Of a DNA stretch of 64,000 nt, positions 1 to 9,919 are shown piece after piece. The notes under the pieces are model-generated. The model had not been told where the DNA came from. It did no database searches and saw only the letters and a list, made by a program, of their open reading frames with translations. A program made the translations under genes and the position numbers. Source of the stretch: Candidatus Wolframiiraptor gerlachensis (lineage in GTDB: Archaea; Thermoproteota; Nitrososphaeria_A; Caldarchaeales; Wolframiiraptoraceae); assembly GCA_021323375.2 (NCBI GenBank), contig JAJPCT020000026.1, positions 8,574 to 72,573 on the forward strand. The letters run 5' to 3'. Position 1 is the stretch's first letter, and each line of letters starts with the position of its first letter.

Positions 1-770
1 GGGCAGTAGGAGATCCAGCCGATGCTCCTGAGCACCTCGTTCGCCAGCCTTCTACCCCTCTCAACCACGGCGAAGACCCTGATGTAATGATCCTTCGAGA
101 ATGATAGTATAGGCTTGGCGGCGATCCCAAGCCTGGCCGCCGACCTGGTGATGAATCCCGCGAGAATCCTCAGGGCGATCTCCTTGGAAAATGGCACTCT
201 CAGGGGCTTTGCATCATATTTTCTCAGACATGATTCTGGCTTGGCTCCAACGAGTGCCGGCATATCCGTGGCCGTCGCGCCTATAACGCCGCCCCTCCTA
301 CAACCCCTAACCCCATTCTCGATAAATGGCGCCGGCGACCCCGCCGGATCAATATCCACGTAATGGTATCTCGGTCTCTCCCTCCCACACTCGGCAAGCA
401 GCTCATTCGCATCCATGTAGGTCACCTCGACGAATTCCCCGAGTTTATTTATCTCCATGTTCAGCTTGATGAGCTCATATGCCCTAGGTGAGACATCATT
501 CACGGTCACCTCGCCGACAACATCGGTCTCGAGGAGCATCCGGATACTCCTAACACCAACACCAGCAAGAGCATCGCAAGCCCTGATCTTGAGCCCCCCA
601 AACCATGCGGCGAGGAATAACACCGTCACATCACGATTCGGCTTCGAGAATGGGTTAAAGAAGACGGGCAGGCTCGTTGGAGCGAAACTCCTTTCTTCAG
701 GGATCTTCGGCGAGTAGAATATCGCCCTCCCCTCTCTCCTCAGCTCAAGCTCATATCCGGGCTCCGGCAT
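1..770 (-). CDS. trm1: tRNA (guanine-N2,N2)-dimethyltransferase Trm1, 3' part runs off the window
   Basis: Manual translation from ATG at 770: MPEPGYELELRREGRAIFYSP...PVFFNPFSKPNRD...DALAGVGVRSIR...YVDIDPAGSP...ATATD. These are typical Trm1 motifs. It is absent from the ORF track because it is truncated. Confidence 0.9.
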   Translation of the reverse strand, partial: MPEPGYELELRREGRAIFYSPKIPEERSFAPTSLPVFFNPFSKPNRDVTVLFLAAWFGGLKIRACDALAGVGVRSIRMLLETDVVGEVTVNDVSPRAYELIKLNMEINKLGEFVEVTYMDANELLAECGRERPRYHYVDIDPAGSPAPFIENGVRGCRRGGVIGATATDMPALVGAKPESCLRKYDAKPLRVPFSKEIALRILAGFITRSAARLGIAAKPILSFSKDHYIRVFAVVERGRRLANEVLRSIGWISYC

Positions 771-1327
771 CATCTCCTCCCAAGCGCCCCCAAGACCTCG
801 CTCACAACAATCTCCGGAACCCTATCACGATTCTCCAGCGTCAGAGTGATCAGCCTCCTTCCAGCAAGCTCCTTAACCCTGAGGACAAGTGGATCCCTCG
901 ACCTATAATGGACCGTGAGGATCGCATGCTTGCTGGAGACTAGGAGCTTTTCAACCGCCTGCCTGAACTTCTCGCTATAGAGCTCCATTGGGCCAACCTC
1001 ATCAACAACAACTACATCCGCCTTCTCCACGGCCTCGAGTACGGCCGCAACCCCCACGCCCTCAAGATCATTCAAGTTGACAACGTATTTCCCGAGCCTC
1101 GGCCCTCCTCTTAGATCTATGTGCGCAAGTATCCCCTCGCCGCCGCCAATCCTCTTGACCGCGAACCCCATCCTCCTCCCCCGCTCCCGGATCTCCTGAG
1201 TATACATCCCGCCAACCCTAACCCCGAGCCCCATGAGCCGGTCAACAATCCTTAGGATGGCCGTGGTCTTCCCGGACCCCGGCAGTCCAGTCAGGGCATA
1301 GAAGATCCTCCCAGATCCCGCGCTCAT
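770..1327 (-). CDS. THEP1/NTPase_1 family nucleoside triphosphatase
   Basis: Walker A GLPGSGKTT, GGMYTQEIRERGRRMGF and VVVVDEVGPMEL motifs. Confidence 0.9.
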   Translation of the reverse strand: MSAGSGRIFYALTGLPGSGKTTAILRIVDRLMGLGVRVGGMYTQEIRERGRRMGFAVKRIGGGEGILAHIDLRGGPRLGKYVVNLNDLEGVGVAAVLEAVEKADVVVVDEVGPMELYSEKFRQAVEKLLVSSKHAILTVHYRSRDPLVLRVKELAGRRLITLTLENRDRVPEIVVSEVLGALGRR

Positions 1328-1380
1328 ATCCCGGAGACATTTTACAGCCTTGTCCGATAAAGAATGTTCGCTTACCGGGA

Positions 1381-2100
1381 TTAGTCGAGGATCACGAGTT
1401 CGAGCGGCGAGGTTGGCCTGAGTGGGATAATGCTGCCGAGCCCCCTCGAGACGTAGAGCAGCGTGTCGCCGAGATCATATAGTCCACGCGTGTAGGCGGA
1501 GTTCGTGAATATCGTGAAAGGCCCGAACATCACCCCACCATGAGTATGACCCGCGAGGATCATTCCTGCATCATGGGCATAAAGGGCGACATTAGGATCA
1601 TGCGCCAATATTATGTCAGCGCGGCGCCCCCCAAAAGCATATCTCCTATCATCCCTCCAATCGACGCCCAGTATTCGCCCGATCCCGCTCTCCACGACCT
1701 CATCTCGGAGAACCTTGAAGCCGCATTCTTCAAGGATTTGCATAAGCTTCCTCGTCCCGGCACACCAGTAATCATGGTTACCAAGGACGGCATACTTCTC
1801 ATCGGCCTCCATAGATGAGAGGTAGAGCTTGACTTGGTCAAGTGAGCCCGTGAACTCGTCAATAACATCGCCGCCATGTAAAATTATCCTCGGCCTCTCC
1901 TCCCCGAGGATTTCTAGAACCTGTTTCTCAACAGGTCCCATGCCATGGATATGCGTATCCACTAGGAAGGCCGTCTTAGCGCCTAGCCCAAGCCTAAGCC
2001 TCGTCACGATCATCCTATGCGCCTCGATCAAGGAGTAGATTGCCGCCGCGGCTCCCGCGACGACACCTGCTACAAACATCCTCCTCGAGATCCTCGACAA
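1381..2100 (-). CDS. YkuE-like metallophosphoesterase with twin-arginine signal
   Basis: DTH, GGD, GNHD and GHTHGG metal motifs; N-terminal SRRMFVAG plus a hydrophobic helix. Confidence 0.85.
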   Translation of the reverse strand: MSRISRRMFVAGVVAGAAAAIYSLIEAHRMIVTRLRLGLGAKTAFLVDTHIHGMGPVEKQVLEILGEERPRIILHGGDVIDEFTGSLDQVKLYLSSMEADEKYAVLGNHDYWCAGTRKLMQILEECGFKVLRDEVVESGIGRILGVDWRDDRRYAFGGRRADIILAHDPNVALYAHDAGMILAGHTHGGVMFGPFTIFTNSAYTRGLYDLGDTLLYVSRGLGSIIPLRPTSPLELVILD

Positions 2101-2128
2101 GTCCTCGGCTCACCCCCTCACTCGGGGG

Positions 2129-2776
2129 CTAGAAATCGTCTAGCTTTCTCTGTGCAAGCTTTGAAATAGTCTTCCATGTAAGTCTTATGTGCTCTTTCCG
2201 GATATCCCCCCTCATAAGGGCTTGGAGTAGGAAGTTCCGGGTCTTTGGATCTGAGGGGTATCCTGAGCCGAAGTCCCCGAGCTCGGCCTTCAGCCTCTCG
2301 ACAAGCATATCCCTCTCATGCTTCGCGATAATAGAGGCTGCTGAGACGACTGGATACTTTCGATCAGCTTTATGCTCGAGTATGAGGGAGCACTGGTGGC
2401 CCGCATAACGCTCTATCAACGCCCTGAAATCATAATACTTTGTCGAGGGCAGGTCTATGTAGGCGGCGTCGGGCCTAAGCCTATCAATAATCTCTGCGAT
2501 CATACGGGCCTCAAGCTCATTGATCCCCTTGGCGCCGCTTCTCCTCGTGGACTCATCTACTAGCCGGGCCTCGACAACTACTAGCTCAACCCTCTCCGCG
2601 ATCTTCTTTATCAGCTTGGAGAGCTCGGCCCTAACGCCCGGCGTGAGCTCCTTAGAGTCTCTGACACCGGCCTCGATGAGCTCGCCCACCCTCGACTGAT
2701 CCACGAGGATGCCCGCGATCACCATCGGGCCTATGACAGCTCCTCTACCCGCCTCATCTATCCCACAGATCCTCAA
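2129..2776 (-). CDS. rnhB: Ribonuclease HII
   Basis: GIDEAGRG, DSKEL, KAD..YPVVSAASIIAK and GSGYPSDP motifs. Confidence 0.95.
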   Translation of the reverse strand: MRICGIDEAGRGAVIGPMVIAGILVDQSRVGELIEAGVRDSKELTPGVRAELSKLIKKIAERVELVVVEARLVDESTRRSGAKGINELEARMIAEIIDRLRPDAAYIDLPSTKYYDFRALIERYAGHQCSLILEHKADRKYPVVSAASIIAKHERDMLVERLKAELGDFGSGYPSDPKTRNFLLQALMRGDIRKEHIRLTWKTISKLAQRKLDDF

Positions 2777-2859
2777 CGGATCTCACTCAAGCAATTACAA
2801 GTGATAAGGCTTTACCCGGGGGAGAGTGAGGGCTTTAAATACCCCAGCCTAGGAATCTC

Positions 2860-3945
2860 GTGGTTGGCATCGGGATGAGCTATCTGAGCCGCGTGAGAAG
2901 GTTTGTGGAGTCCCTGAGAGGTGATGGGTTAAGCGGGGCGCTGTTGAGAAGTCCCGCGAACATCTTCTACTTCACCGGCTATCGAGGTACCGGCTACTTC
3001 TTGGTCCCGGTTGATGGATTTCCCACGCTCTATGTCTCGCCCCTGAACTTTGAGCTGGCTGAGGAATCGGTCCCGGGGGATATTCAGGTCATTAAGCTTG
3101 AGCAAGGCTCCGACATTCGTAGAGTCTTCGAGCTCATACCAGAAAGCCTCAAAACGCGCATCGGGTTCGATGCTATGGAGGTGGAGGATTATCTAAAGGT
3201 CTCAGGCCAGCTTGTCGGCTCGATGATGCCGGTCTCCAAGCACATCTGGAAGCTCAGGATGGTTAAGGATGAGTCTGAGATCGAGAAGATAAGGAGGGCG
3301 TGTGAGATCTCGTCCAGATGCATGGAGCTCGCATCCGAGCTACTTGGAGAGGGCCTAACAGAATATGAGGTTAAGTCTGAGATATTGAGGGAGATGCTAA
3401 GCCTAGGCGGAGATGGGCCGGCATTCGACCCAATAGTCGCATCGGGCCCGAACTCATCAAAACCCCATGGAGTATACAGGAATAGGATGATCGAGAGAGG
3501 TGATGTCGTCGTGATCGATCTCGGCGTCATCTATGAGGGCTACTGCTCCGACATCACAAGAACATTCTATCTAGGACCAGGCTCGAATGAGGTATCTAGG
3601 GTGCATCAAGCCGTCTCAGAGGCTAAGCGCCGGGCCGAGGAGCTCATCAGGATAGGTGTAAGGGCCTCAGAAATTTACCATGCAGCGCATGGGGTCTTAG
3701 CGTCGGCGGGCTACGCAGACTACTTCTTACACGCGCTCGGCCATGGCGTCGGGATAGAGATTCATGAGCCACCGAGGCTATTCAGGGACTCCGAGGAGAT
3801 ATTCACCGAGGGAATGGTGATAACCGTGGAGCCCGGAGTATACTTCCCGAAAAGATTCGGCGTCAGAATCGAGGACACGATCCTCATCAAGAGGGATGGA
3901 GTCGAGAGACTGACCTCAGCGCCCTATGAGCTGGCCCTAGGCTAG
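2860..3945 (+). CDS. Xaa-Pro aminopeptidase / prolidase (M24 family)
   Basis: GYCSDITRT, HALGHGVGIEIHE, EPGVY and GVRIED motifs. Confidence 0.92.
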   Translation: MVGIGMSYLSRVRRFVESLRGDGLSGALLRSPANIFYFTGYRGTGYFLVPVDGFPTLYVSPLNFELAEESVPGDIQVIKLEQGSDIRRVFELIPESLKTRIGFDAMEVEDYLKVSGQLVGSMMPVSKHIWKLRMVKDESEIEKIRRACEISSRCMELASELLGEGLTEYEVKSEILREMLSLGGDGPAFDPIVASGPNSSKPHGVYRNRMIERGDVVVIDLGVIYEGYCSDITRTFYLGPGSNEVSRVHQAVSEAKRRAEELIRIGVRASEIYHAAHGVLASAGYADYFLHALGHGVGIEIHEPPRLFRDSEEIFTEGMVITVEPGVYFPKRFGVRIEDTILIKRDGVERLTSAPYELALG

Positions 3946-4739
3946 GCCCCGAATCTCCTCTGCCTCCTCTGATAAGTCCTTATCGCCCTCATCAGGTCTA
4001 TCTTACGGAACTCGGGCCAATAAACATCTAGAAAGATGAGCTCGCTGTAAGCCGATTGCCATAGGAGGAAGTTGCTTATCCTCTCCTCACCAGATGTTCT
4101 TATAATGACATCCGGATCCGGTATTGGGAGATCCGCCGTATAGAGATATCGGCCTATCACATCCTCGCTGATATCCTCTATACGTAGCTTCCCCGCCAAG
4201 ACATCCATCGCAAGCTTCCTCGCGGCATCAGTTATCTCCGCCCTCCCACCATAGGCGATCGCCAAGTTCACGTAAAGGTTGTCATACTCCCTCGTCTCCT
4301 TCTCAAGCCTCTCAAGAAGGCTTCTCAAATCATCGGGGAGGAGCTCCTTCCTGCCAAGAACCTTCACCCTTATCCTATGCCTATGCACCAAGTCGCCGTT
4401 AAGAACATCCTCAACCTTCTCACGCAATATCCTGAGTAGCTCCTCGATCTCCTTCTCGCTCCTCCTAAAGTTCTCGGTGGAGAGGGCGAAGAATGTCACG
4501 ACCTTGATCCCTAGCTCGAGGCACCACTTAATAACTTCCTCAACCTTCTCCGCCCCAACCCTATGACCGTACCATGGCTCAAGCCCTTTCTCCCGAGCCC
4601 ATCTTCTATTCCCATCCATTATAACCGCTATATGTGATGGTATCACGCCTCGCGATATCGTCCGGCTAAGCCACTTCTCATAAAGCTTGTAGGCGCCTAA
4701 AAACCTCAGCAGGCCCTGGAATATGCCCATCCCGGTCAA
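3942..4739 (-). CDS. uppS: cis-prenyltransferase (undecaprenyl/polyprenyl diphosphate synthase)
   Basis: HIAVIMDGNRRWA, STENF and IIRTSGEERISNFLLWQ motifs. Confidence 0.95.
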   Translation of the reverse strand: MTGMGIFQGLLRFLGAYKLYEKWLSRTISRGVIPSHIAVIMDGNRRWAREKGLEPWYGHRVGAEKVEEVIKWCLELGIKVVTFFALSTENFRRSEKEIEELLRILREKVEDVLNGDLVHRHRIRVKVLGRKELLPDDLRSLLERLEKETREYDNLYVNLAIAYGGRAEITDAARKLAMDVLAGKLRIEDISEDVIGRYLYTADLPIPDPDVIIRTSGEERISNFLLWQSAYSELIFLDVYWPEFRKIDLMRAIRTYQRRQRRFGA

Positions 4740-4774
4740 GGGCTCTTGGGTTAGGCCGATTGATAACCTTAACC

Positions 4775-5953
4775 TTAACGCTCAATCTTTCTTCTAAAGT
4801 ACTTGGAATATGTTTTTCGCAGGATTCTAGTAACCCATATCGTCACTATTATTGTTGCCATTCCGAGGACTGCTGTGATGACTAGTAGGAGGATGTGCGG
4901 GTTCTCGAAGCCTCCGGACGCGCCGACCACGAGCACTATGCCGGTCCTCTTGAGCAGCGCCCAGAGCCATGCGAGCAGAACCGACCCGCGGACCATGAGC
5001 CAGAAGCTTGGATCTCGCATGAACAGGTAGTATACCATGTTCGCGAGCAGCATTATGAAGATGGCGATCGAGATTATGTCTATCGAGTTGCTTATATATG
5101 TCCCGGCTATGAAGGGTAGCTTTCCAAGCCACCAGAGAACATGTGTCGAGAATTCTGGTGCATCCGGGTAAGCCTCCTGTATCGCTTTTAAAGTCGAGAT
5201 ATAGCCTATGTAGAATCCGAGCACGAGCAGGAGCGCGGAGGTGATGGCCGCGTATGCTCTTAGCTGCGTGTATGGAGGCAATCTGAATAGCTTTGTTATA
5301 TTCTTGAAACTTGATGCAATCCTTTGATCGAGGCCGAAGCCCCTTATGATGAAGTATATCCCGATCGCCGAGAGTATGAAGGGGAGCGAGGCCACGTTGA
5401 TTATGTAAAGTATGCCTATTATCGCCATTAGGAGGCCCGGTATCCCGAGGAATATCCTAGCGTATCTGGGCTCCGTGAAGACGAGCTTCAGGTATCTTCC
5501 GAGAACGAGCCATGTCTGCTCGACGGCCTCACTATGTCTCACGACAACCCTTCTAACGGATATTACAGGGAGCTTGGAAGTGATTATCGGAGTTACGAAT
5601 TGGTCCGTGACGCCATCGCTCACGAGCACGCATGCCTCCGCCTTAAACCTCTGGAGGACTTCCTCGAGCTCGCCCATTATCTTCATGTCGGCCTCGATGC
5701 CCTCGCCTTCCTTCCCAGCGACCGTGGCAACCTCAATATTGCCTCCGAACTTCTCAGAAAGCTCCCTGTATACCTTTAATGCCCCGAATATGGCGTTGGC
5801 GTCGGCCTCCTCCGGGTCGGCCAGTAATAGGGCTTGAGCGGCCTTGAGATTCTCCTCAAAGCCTATGATTGGTGTAGAGATGCCAGTCTTCCTCCCGATA
5901 TCATCGTCACGATCCACTACGAGGATCAGCAGCTTCTTCGGCGCCTCGGCCAT
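4775..5953 (-). CDS. DUF373 family membrane protein
   Basis: LVVDRDDDIG..G..TPIIG, DPEEADAN and VSDG motifs; multiple C-terminal TM helices. Confidence 0.85.
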   Translation of the reverse strand: MAEAPKKLLILVVDRDDDIGRKTGISTPIIGFEENLKAAQALLLADPEEADANAIFGALKVYRELSEKFGGNIEVATVAGKEGEGIEADMKIMGELEEVLQRFKAEACVLVSDGVTDQFVTPIITSKLPVISVRRVVVRHSEAVEQTWLVLGRYLKLVFTEPRYARIFLGIPGLLMAIIGILYIINVASLPFILSAIGIYFIIRGFGLDQRIASSFKNITKLFRLPPYTQLRAYAAITSALLLVLGFYIGYISTLKAIQEAYPDAPEFSTHVLWWLGKLPFIAGTYISNSIDIISIAIFIMLLANMVYYLFMRDPSFWLMVRGSVLLAWLWALLKRTGIVLVVGASGGFENPHILLLVITAVLGMATIIVTIWVTRILRKTYSKYFRRKIER

Positions 5954-6001
5954 CTATTATCTACACGTATCAAGTTTCTGGAGGGATGAAATAAGGGTTG
6001 C

Positions 6002-6907
6002 TCAGCTCTTTCCAACGAGCTCCTCCAGCCCCTCCCCATCCTCCATTAACGCCTTGAACTCCTCGAAGCTAAGCTTCCTCCCAGCGGCTAGCTTGAGCCT
6101 CGCCTCGGCCTTAAGCCTCTCCTTGACCATCTCAGCCCTCCTCTTCTCCTCTTCCTGCTTAAGCTTCTCTAGCCTCTCCTGAAGCTCGATAAGCCTCGAT
6201 GAGACCAGTATCTTCTCGGCCTCAAGCTCCATAAGCCTCTTCTTGGCGTCAAGATACTTCGCGTGCCACTCGTCGCTCTTCTGCTTAAGCTCTTGGATTT
6301 TCTCCCTCAAAGCCTTCCTCTGCTCGAAGCTCGCGCCCAGCTCCCTCTTCAAGGCGCCAATCTTCTCCCTCAAGGACTCTATCTCGCTTTCAGCCTTGGC
6401 GACCTCTTCCTCTAGGGCTTGAAGCCTAGACTGGAACTCCTCCCTCTTAACCACCTGCTCGAGCTTCGCGTGAAGCTCCTCGAGGAGCTCGCTCAGCCTC
6501 TTCTCCTCCTCCTTCGGGAGGGGTCCCGTCTGTATCCTCCAGTCTATCTCCTGCATCCTCGCCTCTATCTCCTCCCTGGACTCCTTGACCACCCGCAGCT
6601 TTCTAAACTCGGCTCTAACAGCTCTAAGCTCCTGCCTTTTGGCCTTAAGCTCCGCCTTCATCGAGCCGAGCTCCTCCCTGAGTTTGGCCAGGGCGTCGCG
6701 CTTCTCCCTATCAGCCCCCCTCAGGCCCCTCAGCTTCTCGGTGTAGGGCTTCATCTCCTCATGGATCTTATCCCTCTTCTCCGCGTATCTCCTAACCTCC
6801 TCCTCGACCTCGCTTATCCTTATGTTGAGCTGCCTCAGCTTCTCCCTCAGCTCCAAGACCTCGTTCTCGATCTTCTCATACTCGCTCAGAGAAGACATGA
6901 TACTCAC
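6002..6907 (-). CDS. Archaeal coiled-coil protein (COG1340-like)
   Basis: Continuous E/K/R/L heptads, DWRIQTGPL..EEEK and C-terminal GRKLSFEEF. Confidence 0.75.
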   Translation of the reverse strand: MSIMSSLSEYEKIENEVLELREKLRQLNIRISEVEEEVRRYAEKRDKIHEEMKPYTEKLRGLRGADREKRDALAKLREELGSMKAELKAKRQELRAVRAEFRKLRVVKESREEIEARMQEIDWRIQTGPLPKEEEKRLSELLEELHAKLEQVVKREEFQSRLQALEEEVAKAESEIESLREKIGALKRELGASFEQRKALREKIQELKQKSDEWHAKYLDAKKRLMELEAEKILVSSRLIELQERLEKLKQEEEKRRAEMVKERLKAEARLKLAAGRKLSFEEFKALMEDGEGLEELVGKS

Positions 6908-7710
6908 CTCAGCTCTAGATCTTCTTCTAAGAAGAATCTGGTGAGCGCGGCGTGAAGCTCGGAGAGCCCCTCCATAGTCGTAGACGAGACAGGGACTATT
7001 GGAATGCTTGCTATGATGTCCCGGAGAGTCTCAGCGACCTCGCGCGAGAAGCTCATAAGCCTCCCACGCGTCATACTCTCGAGGTCTAGGAGAAGCGTAT
7101 CGAAGGACTCGCTCCAGGCCTCCAGCTTCTCGACGTCCTCCAGCGAGATGGCATCTATCTTATTTAGGGCGTGGACCATGGGAATCCCGAGCGAGAAATA
7201 GACGGATGCTGAGAGAAACATGCTCGAGATGAAGTTCTTAACAACGCTGCAGAACATGGGGTCCAAGACGAATACCATGACCTTCCTATCCTTGAAGCCT
7301 ATGTTCTCGGCTATGATGTACCCCTCCTGCCTGAAGGCAAAGAGCTCGAGCTGCCCCGGGGTATCAACTATGACATAGTCGGCGTTATAGGAGTTTATCT
7401 CCTCCCTAAGATCCTCGACATGCCTAGCAGCCTCCCTGATAGAGGCTATGAGAGCCGCGTTCGGCCCAAGGCGCCTCGTAGACATGATCCTCTCATAGTC
7501 CACGAAATCCCTGATATCAACATCCGGCTCATAGGGGAGGACTTGGGCGGCTGGATCGAGATTCACAAGCACCACGAACTTGTCTTGAGATCTAAGCCAA
7601 TCTCCATAGGCGGATGTTAGCGTGGATTTCCCCGAGCCAGCCGTGCCAACAATGAATATCGTATTCACACCGCCCACCCCCACCGAACAACAAGTAAGCA
7701 TTATGAGCAT
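6904..7710 (-). CDS. GPN-loop GTPase
   Basis: GTAGSGKST, VNLDPA, LGPN, DTPGQ and NKID motifs; the real start is probably GTG near 7668. Confidence 0.92.
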   Translation of the reverse strand: MLIMLTCCSVGVGGVNTIFIVGTAGSGKSTLTSAYGDWLRSQDKFVVLVNLDPAAQVLPYEPDVDIRDFVDYERIMSTRRLGPNAALIASIREAARHVEDLREEINSYNADYVIVDTPGQLELFAFRQEGYIIAENIGFKDRKVMVFVLDPMFCSVVKNFISSMFLSASVYFSLGIPMVHALNKIDAISLEDVEKLEAWSESFDTLLLDLESMTRGRLMSFSREVAETLRDIIASIPIVPVSSTTMEGLSELHAALTRFFLEEDLELR

Positions 7711-7717
7711 TAATCAG

Positions 7718-8014
7718 CTAGAAGATCCCGGAGAAGCCCGAGAGCATCTTCTCGTCCTCGCTTTTCAAGATCCTCAGCACTTCCTCCCTCTCCTCGCCCT
7801 TAACCTCGACCGCGAGATCCTTGGCCAGCTCAAGGGCGCGCCCGCATTGCTCCTCGCTCCCGATTATCCTTATGTAGACGCCGCTCTTGCCCAGTATCCC
7901 CGCATCCCGCGAGATCACATTGGCCCTCGACACGATATCATCCTTCAATAGTATGTTCATGAGCTTCTCGCCAGCCTCCTTCTCAGCGTAGAGAACGAGC
8001 TCCATGCCCACCAC
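7718..8014 (-). CDS. Hypothetical protein
   Basis: 98-aa ORF packed within the operon, with typical composition. Confidence 0.7.
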   Translation of the reverse strand: MVGMELVLYAEKEAGEKLMNILLKDDIVSRANVISRDAGILGKSGVYIRIIGSEEQCGRALELAKDLAVEVKGEEREEVLRILKSEDEKMLSGFSGIF

Positions 8015-8218
8015 CTACTTCTTAGATGAGGCCCACCACTCCAAATACTCTGCATACTTCCTCTTCTTTTTCTCCTCTGTCACACCCACCTCAATATCCC
8101 TTCTCGCATCAACTACTAGATCCTGAGGGGTGTAAATGAGCCCGCAGCCCAGGCAGACATAGGAGCGCGTGTTCCGGTCATAGAGGATCTTCGCCCCGCA
8201 CTCACGACAGTAGGGCAA
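8015..8218 (-). CDS. Small zinc-ribbon protein
   Basis: CRECG...CLGCG pairs and C-terminal EYLEWW; TTG start at 8218 chosen from the TATA position (ORF track start 8260). Confidence 0.7.
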   Translation of the reverse strand: MPYCRECGAKILYDRNTRSYVCLGCGLIYTPQDLVVDARRDIEVGVTEEKKKRKYAEYLEWWASSKK

Positions 8219-8716
8219 CCCTGGATCGTCCCTCGCTTCAATCGCGCAGCTATTAAACATTATTCTGGTGGGTTGCTAGGCTAACCTCTTAATCATCAGT
8301 TTGATTATTTCGTAAATCTATGCGCATAGGAAGTATGCAGAAGATAACGCGATCAGAGAACTTGAAGCAAGATTAGGTTCAATACCTGCCTAGGAACAGG
8401 ACGAGTCATTTGTCTCCTAATTATGTATGAATAAATAAAAGAATCTAAACAAAATCCTCTCAAGAATATGCGACTTGATAGTGAAAAGTCTAGTCTAGTG
8501 TAGAATAAAAATGGGAGATGTGGGGGGTGGGGCTGGCCGGCGAGTCCTCGTAGCCGGTCCGGCGGGCATATCGTTTCGAGCAGAATTCAGCCGCATCAAG
8601 AAGAGAAAACATGATTTTTCGGAAAATTCACTCAGCTCTAGTGAATATTTAGTGTTGATCTTTTCGAGGCCTGCAAGCCTTTTATAGCGAGGTCCCGAAT
8701 AAATGCTTAGCTAGAG

Positions 8717-9109
8717 GTGATGGGCATGGATGAGGATCTAGAGCTTAGAGCGCTCAAGCTCAGGAAGCTTATGGAGCTCGCTTCCCTCAAGGCGAAAGCC
8801 ACGGATGTTAAGAAGGAGGCGGAGAGGCAGTTGAGCTTCGAGGAGGCTCTTAGGATAGTTAGGGAAAATCTCGTGGATCGCGGGGATGAGGTGCTCGACG
8901 CGGCGCTTAAGCAGTATCCCGAGCAGACCAAGAAGATCGTGATGATCTTGGCGGAGAAGATAGTCAAGGGGGAGATCAGCCAGAAGATAGGAGGAAGCAT
9001 GCTGATGAATCTCTTCGATTATCTCGGTATGCCTGTAAAACTGCGATCGCGGATACTCTATTATAAGAAGGGCGAGTATAAGTCAATCGAGGAATTATTG
9101 CGGTCCTGA
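8717..9109 (+). CDS. Putative PDCD5-like double-stranded DNA-binding protein
   Basis: DLELRALKLRKLMEL N-terminus, LVDRGDEVL..A..QYPE and a helical C-terminal part resembling archaeal PDCD5-related proteins. Confidence 0.6.
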   Translation: MMGMDEDLELRALKLRKLMELASLKAKATDVKKEAERQLSFEEALRIVRENLVDRGDEVLDAALKQYPEQTKKIVMILAEKIVKGEISQKIGGSMLMNLFDYLGMPVKLRSRILYYKKGEYKSIEELLRS

Positions 9110-9162
9110 AAGCATAGGGCAAACTTTATAGTCAGGCGCGGATTTCGCCATTCGAGGTAAAA

Positions 9163-9570
9163 TTGTCGGGAGAATACCAGATTCCTGAAGGCTACTACTA
9201 CACGAGGGATCACATCTGGATCAAGCCCGAGGACGGCGTAGTTACCCTAGGCGTGACTGATTATGGTCAGAAGAAGCTTAGGGATGTTGTTCACATCGAG
9301 TTGCCGAGCATAGGCCAGTCCATCGAGGAGGGTGAGACGCTCGCGGTGATAGAGTCCATCAAGGCATCAGTCGAGATACATTCACCGGTCTCCGGTAGGG
9401 TTGTTAAGGTAAATTCCAAGCTTATAGATAACCCGGAGCTGATAAACGAGGATCCATATGGCAGCGGCTGGATAGTGAAGATAGAGCTGGCCGAGGAGCT
9501 GAGAACCGAGGATCTAATGGAGGCCGATGAATACTCTAAATACATCGAGGACTTAGAGGAATCTGTTTAG
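9163..9570 (+). CDS. gcvH: Glycine cleavage system H protein (lipoyl carrier)
   Basis: YYTRDHIWI, LGVTDYGQ, ESIKAS lipoyl-Lys and PELINEDPYGSGW. Confidence 0.93.
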   Translation: MSGEYQIPEGYYYTRDHIWIKPEDGVVTLGVTDYGQKKLRDVVHIELPSIGQSIEEGETLAVIESIKASVEIHSPVSGRVVKVNSKLIDNPELINEDPYGSGWIVKIELAEELRTEDLMEADEYSKYIEDLEESV

Positions 9571-9577
9571 AAGGTCT

Positions 9578-9919
9578 GTGAAAATGGTGCTCGTCAGAGT
9601 TCATAGGGTTTCGAGCGTGAGGGATCCTGAGACCGGCAGATATGGCAAGATGATAGAGCTTATAGAGGAGAAGCGTGTCCAAGCATCGCCTAGAATCCCC
9701 GGGGCGCCTGAGACGCTGATGATCCAGTCCATGTTACAGGATCTTGCAAGCTACTTCCAGTCTATGGGGCTTGCGCTCGCGCCGCCCGCGAAAACAAAGA
9801 TGATACTATTCCTAACTGAGGAGGAATATGAGATGCTTGGGGTAAAACTGGATGTGAATGAGGTCTATGAGCTGGTCTTCGAGAAGGGCGCTATAAGGTT
9901 CAGGAGCGCTTATGACTAG
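9578..9919 (+). CDS. Arcadin-1 homologue
   Basis: DPETGRYGKMIELIEEK...ILFLTEEEYEMLG..LDVNEVYEL.FEKGAIRF matches the arcadin-1 pattern I recall from Pyrobaculum; 113 aa. Confidence 0.7.
   Translation: MKMVLVRVHRVSSVRDPETGRYGKMIELIEEKRVQASPRIPGAPETLMIQSMLQDLASYFQSMGLALAPPAKTKMILFLTEEEYEMLGVKLDVNEVYELVFEKGAIRFRSAYD

Noticed and set aside
8570-8605. Hammerhead-like UUGAUG...CGAAAC on the minus strand
   Set aside because: The core is not CUGAnGA, and stems I and III cannot be formed.
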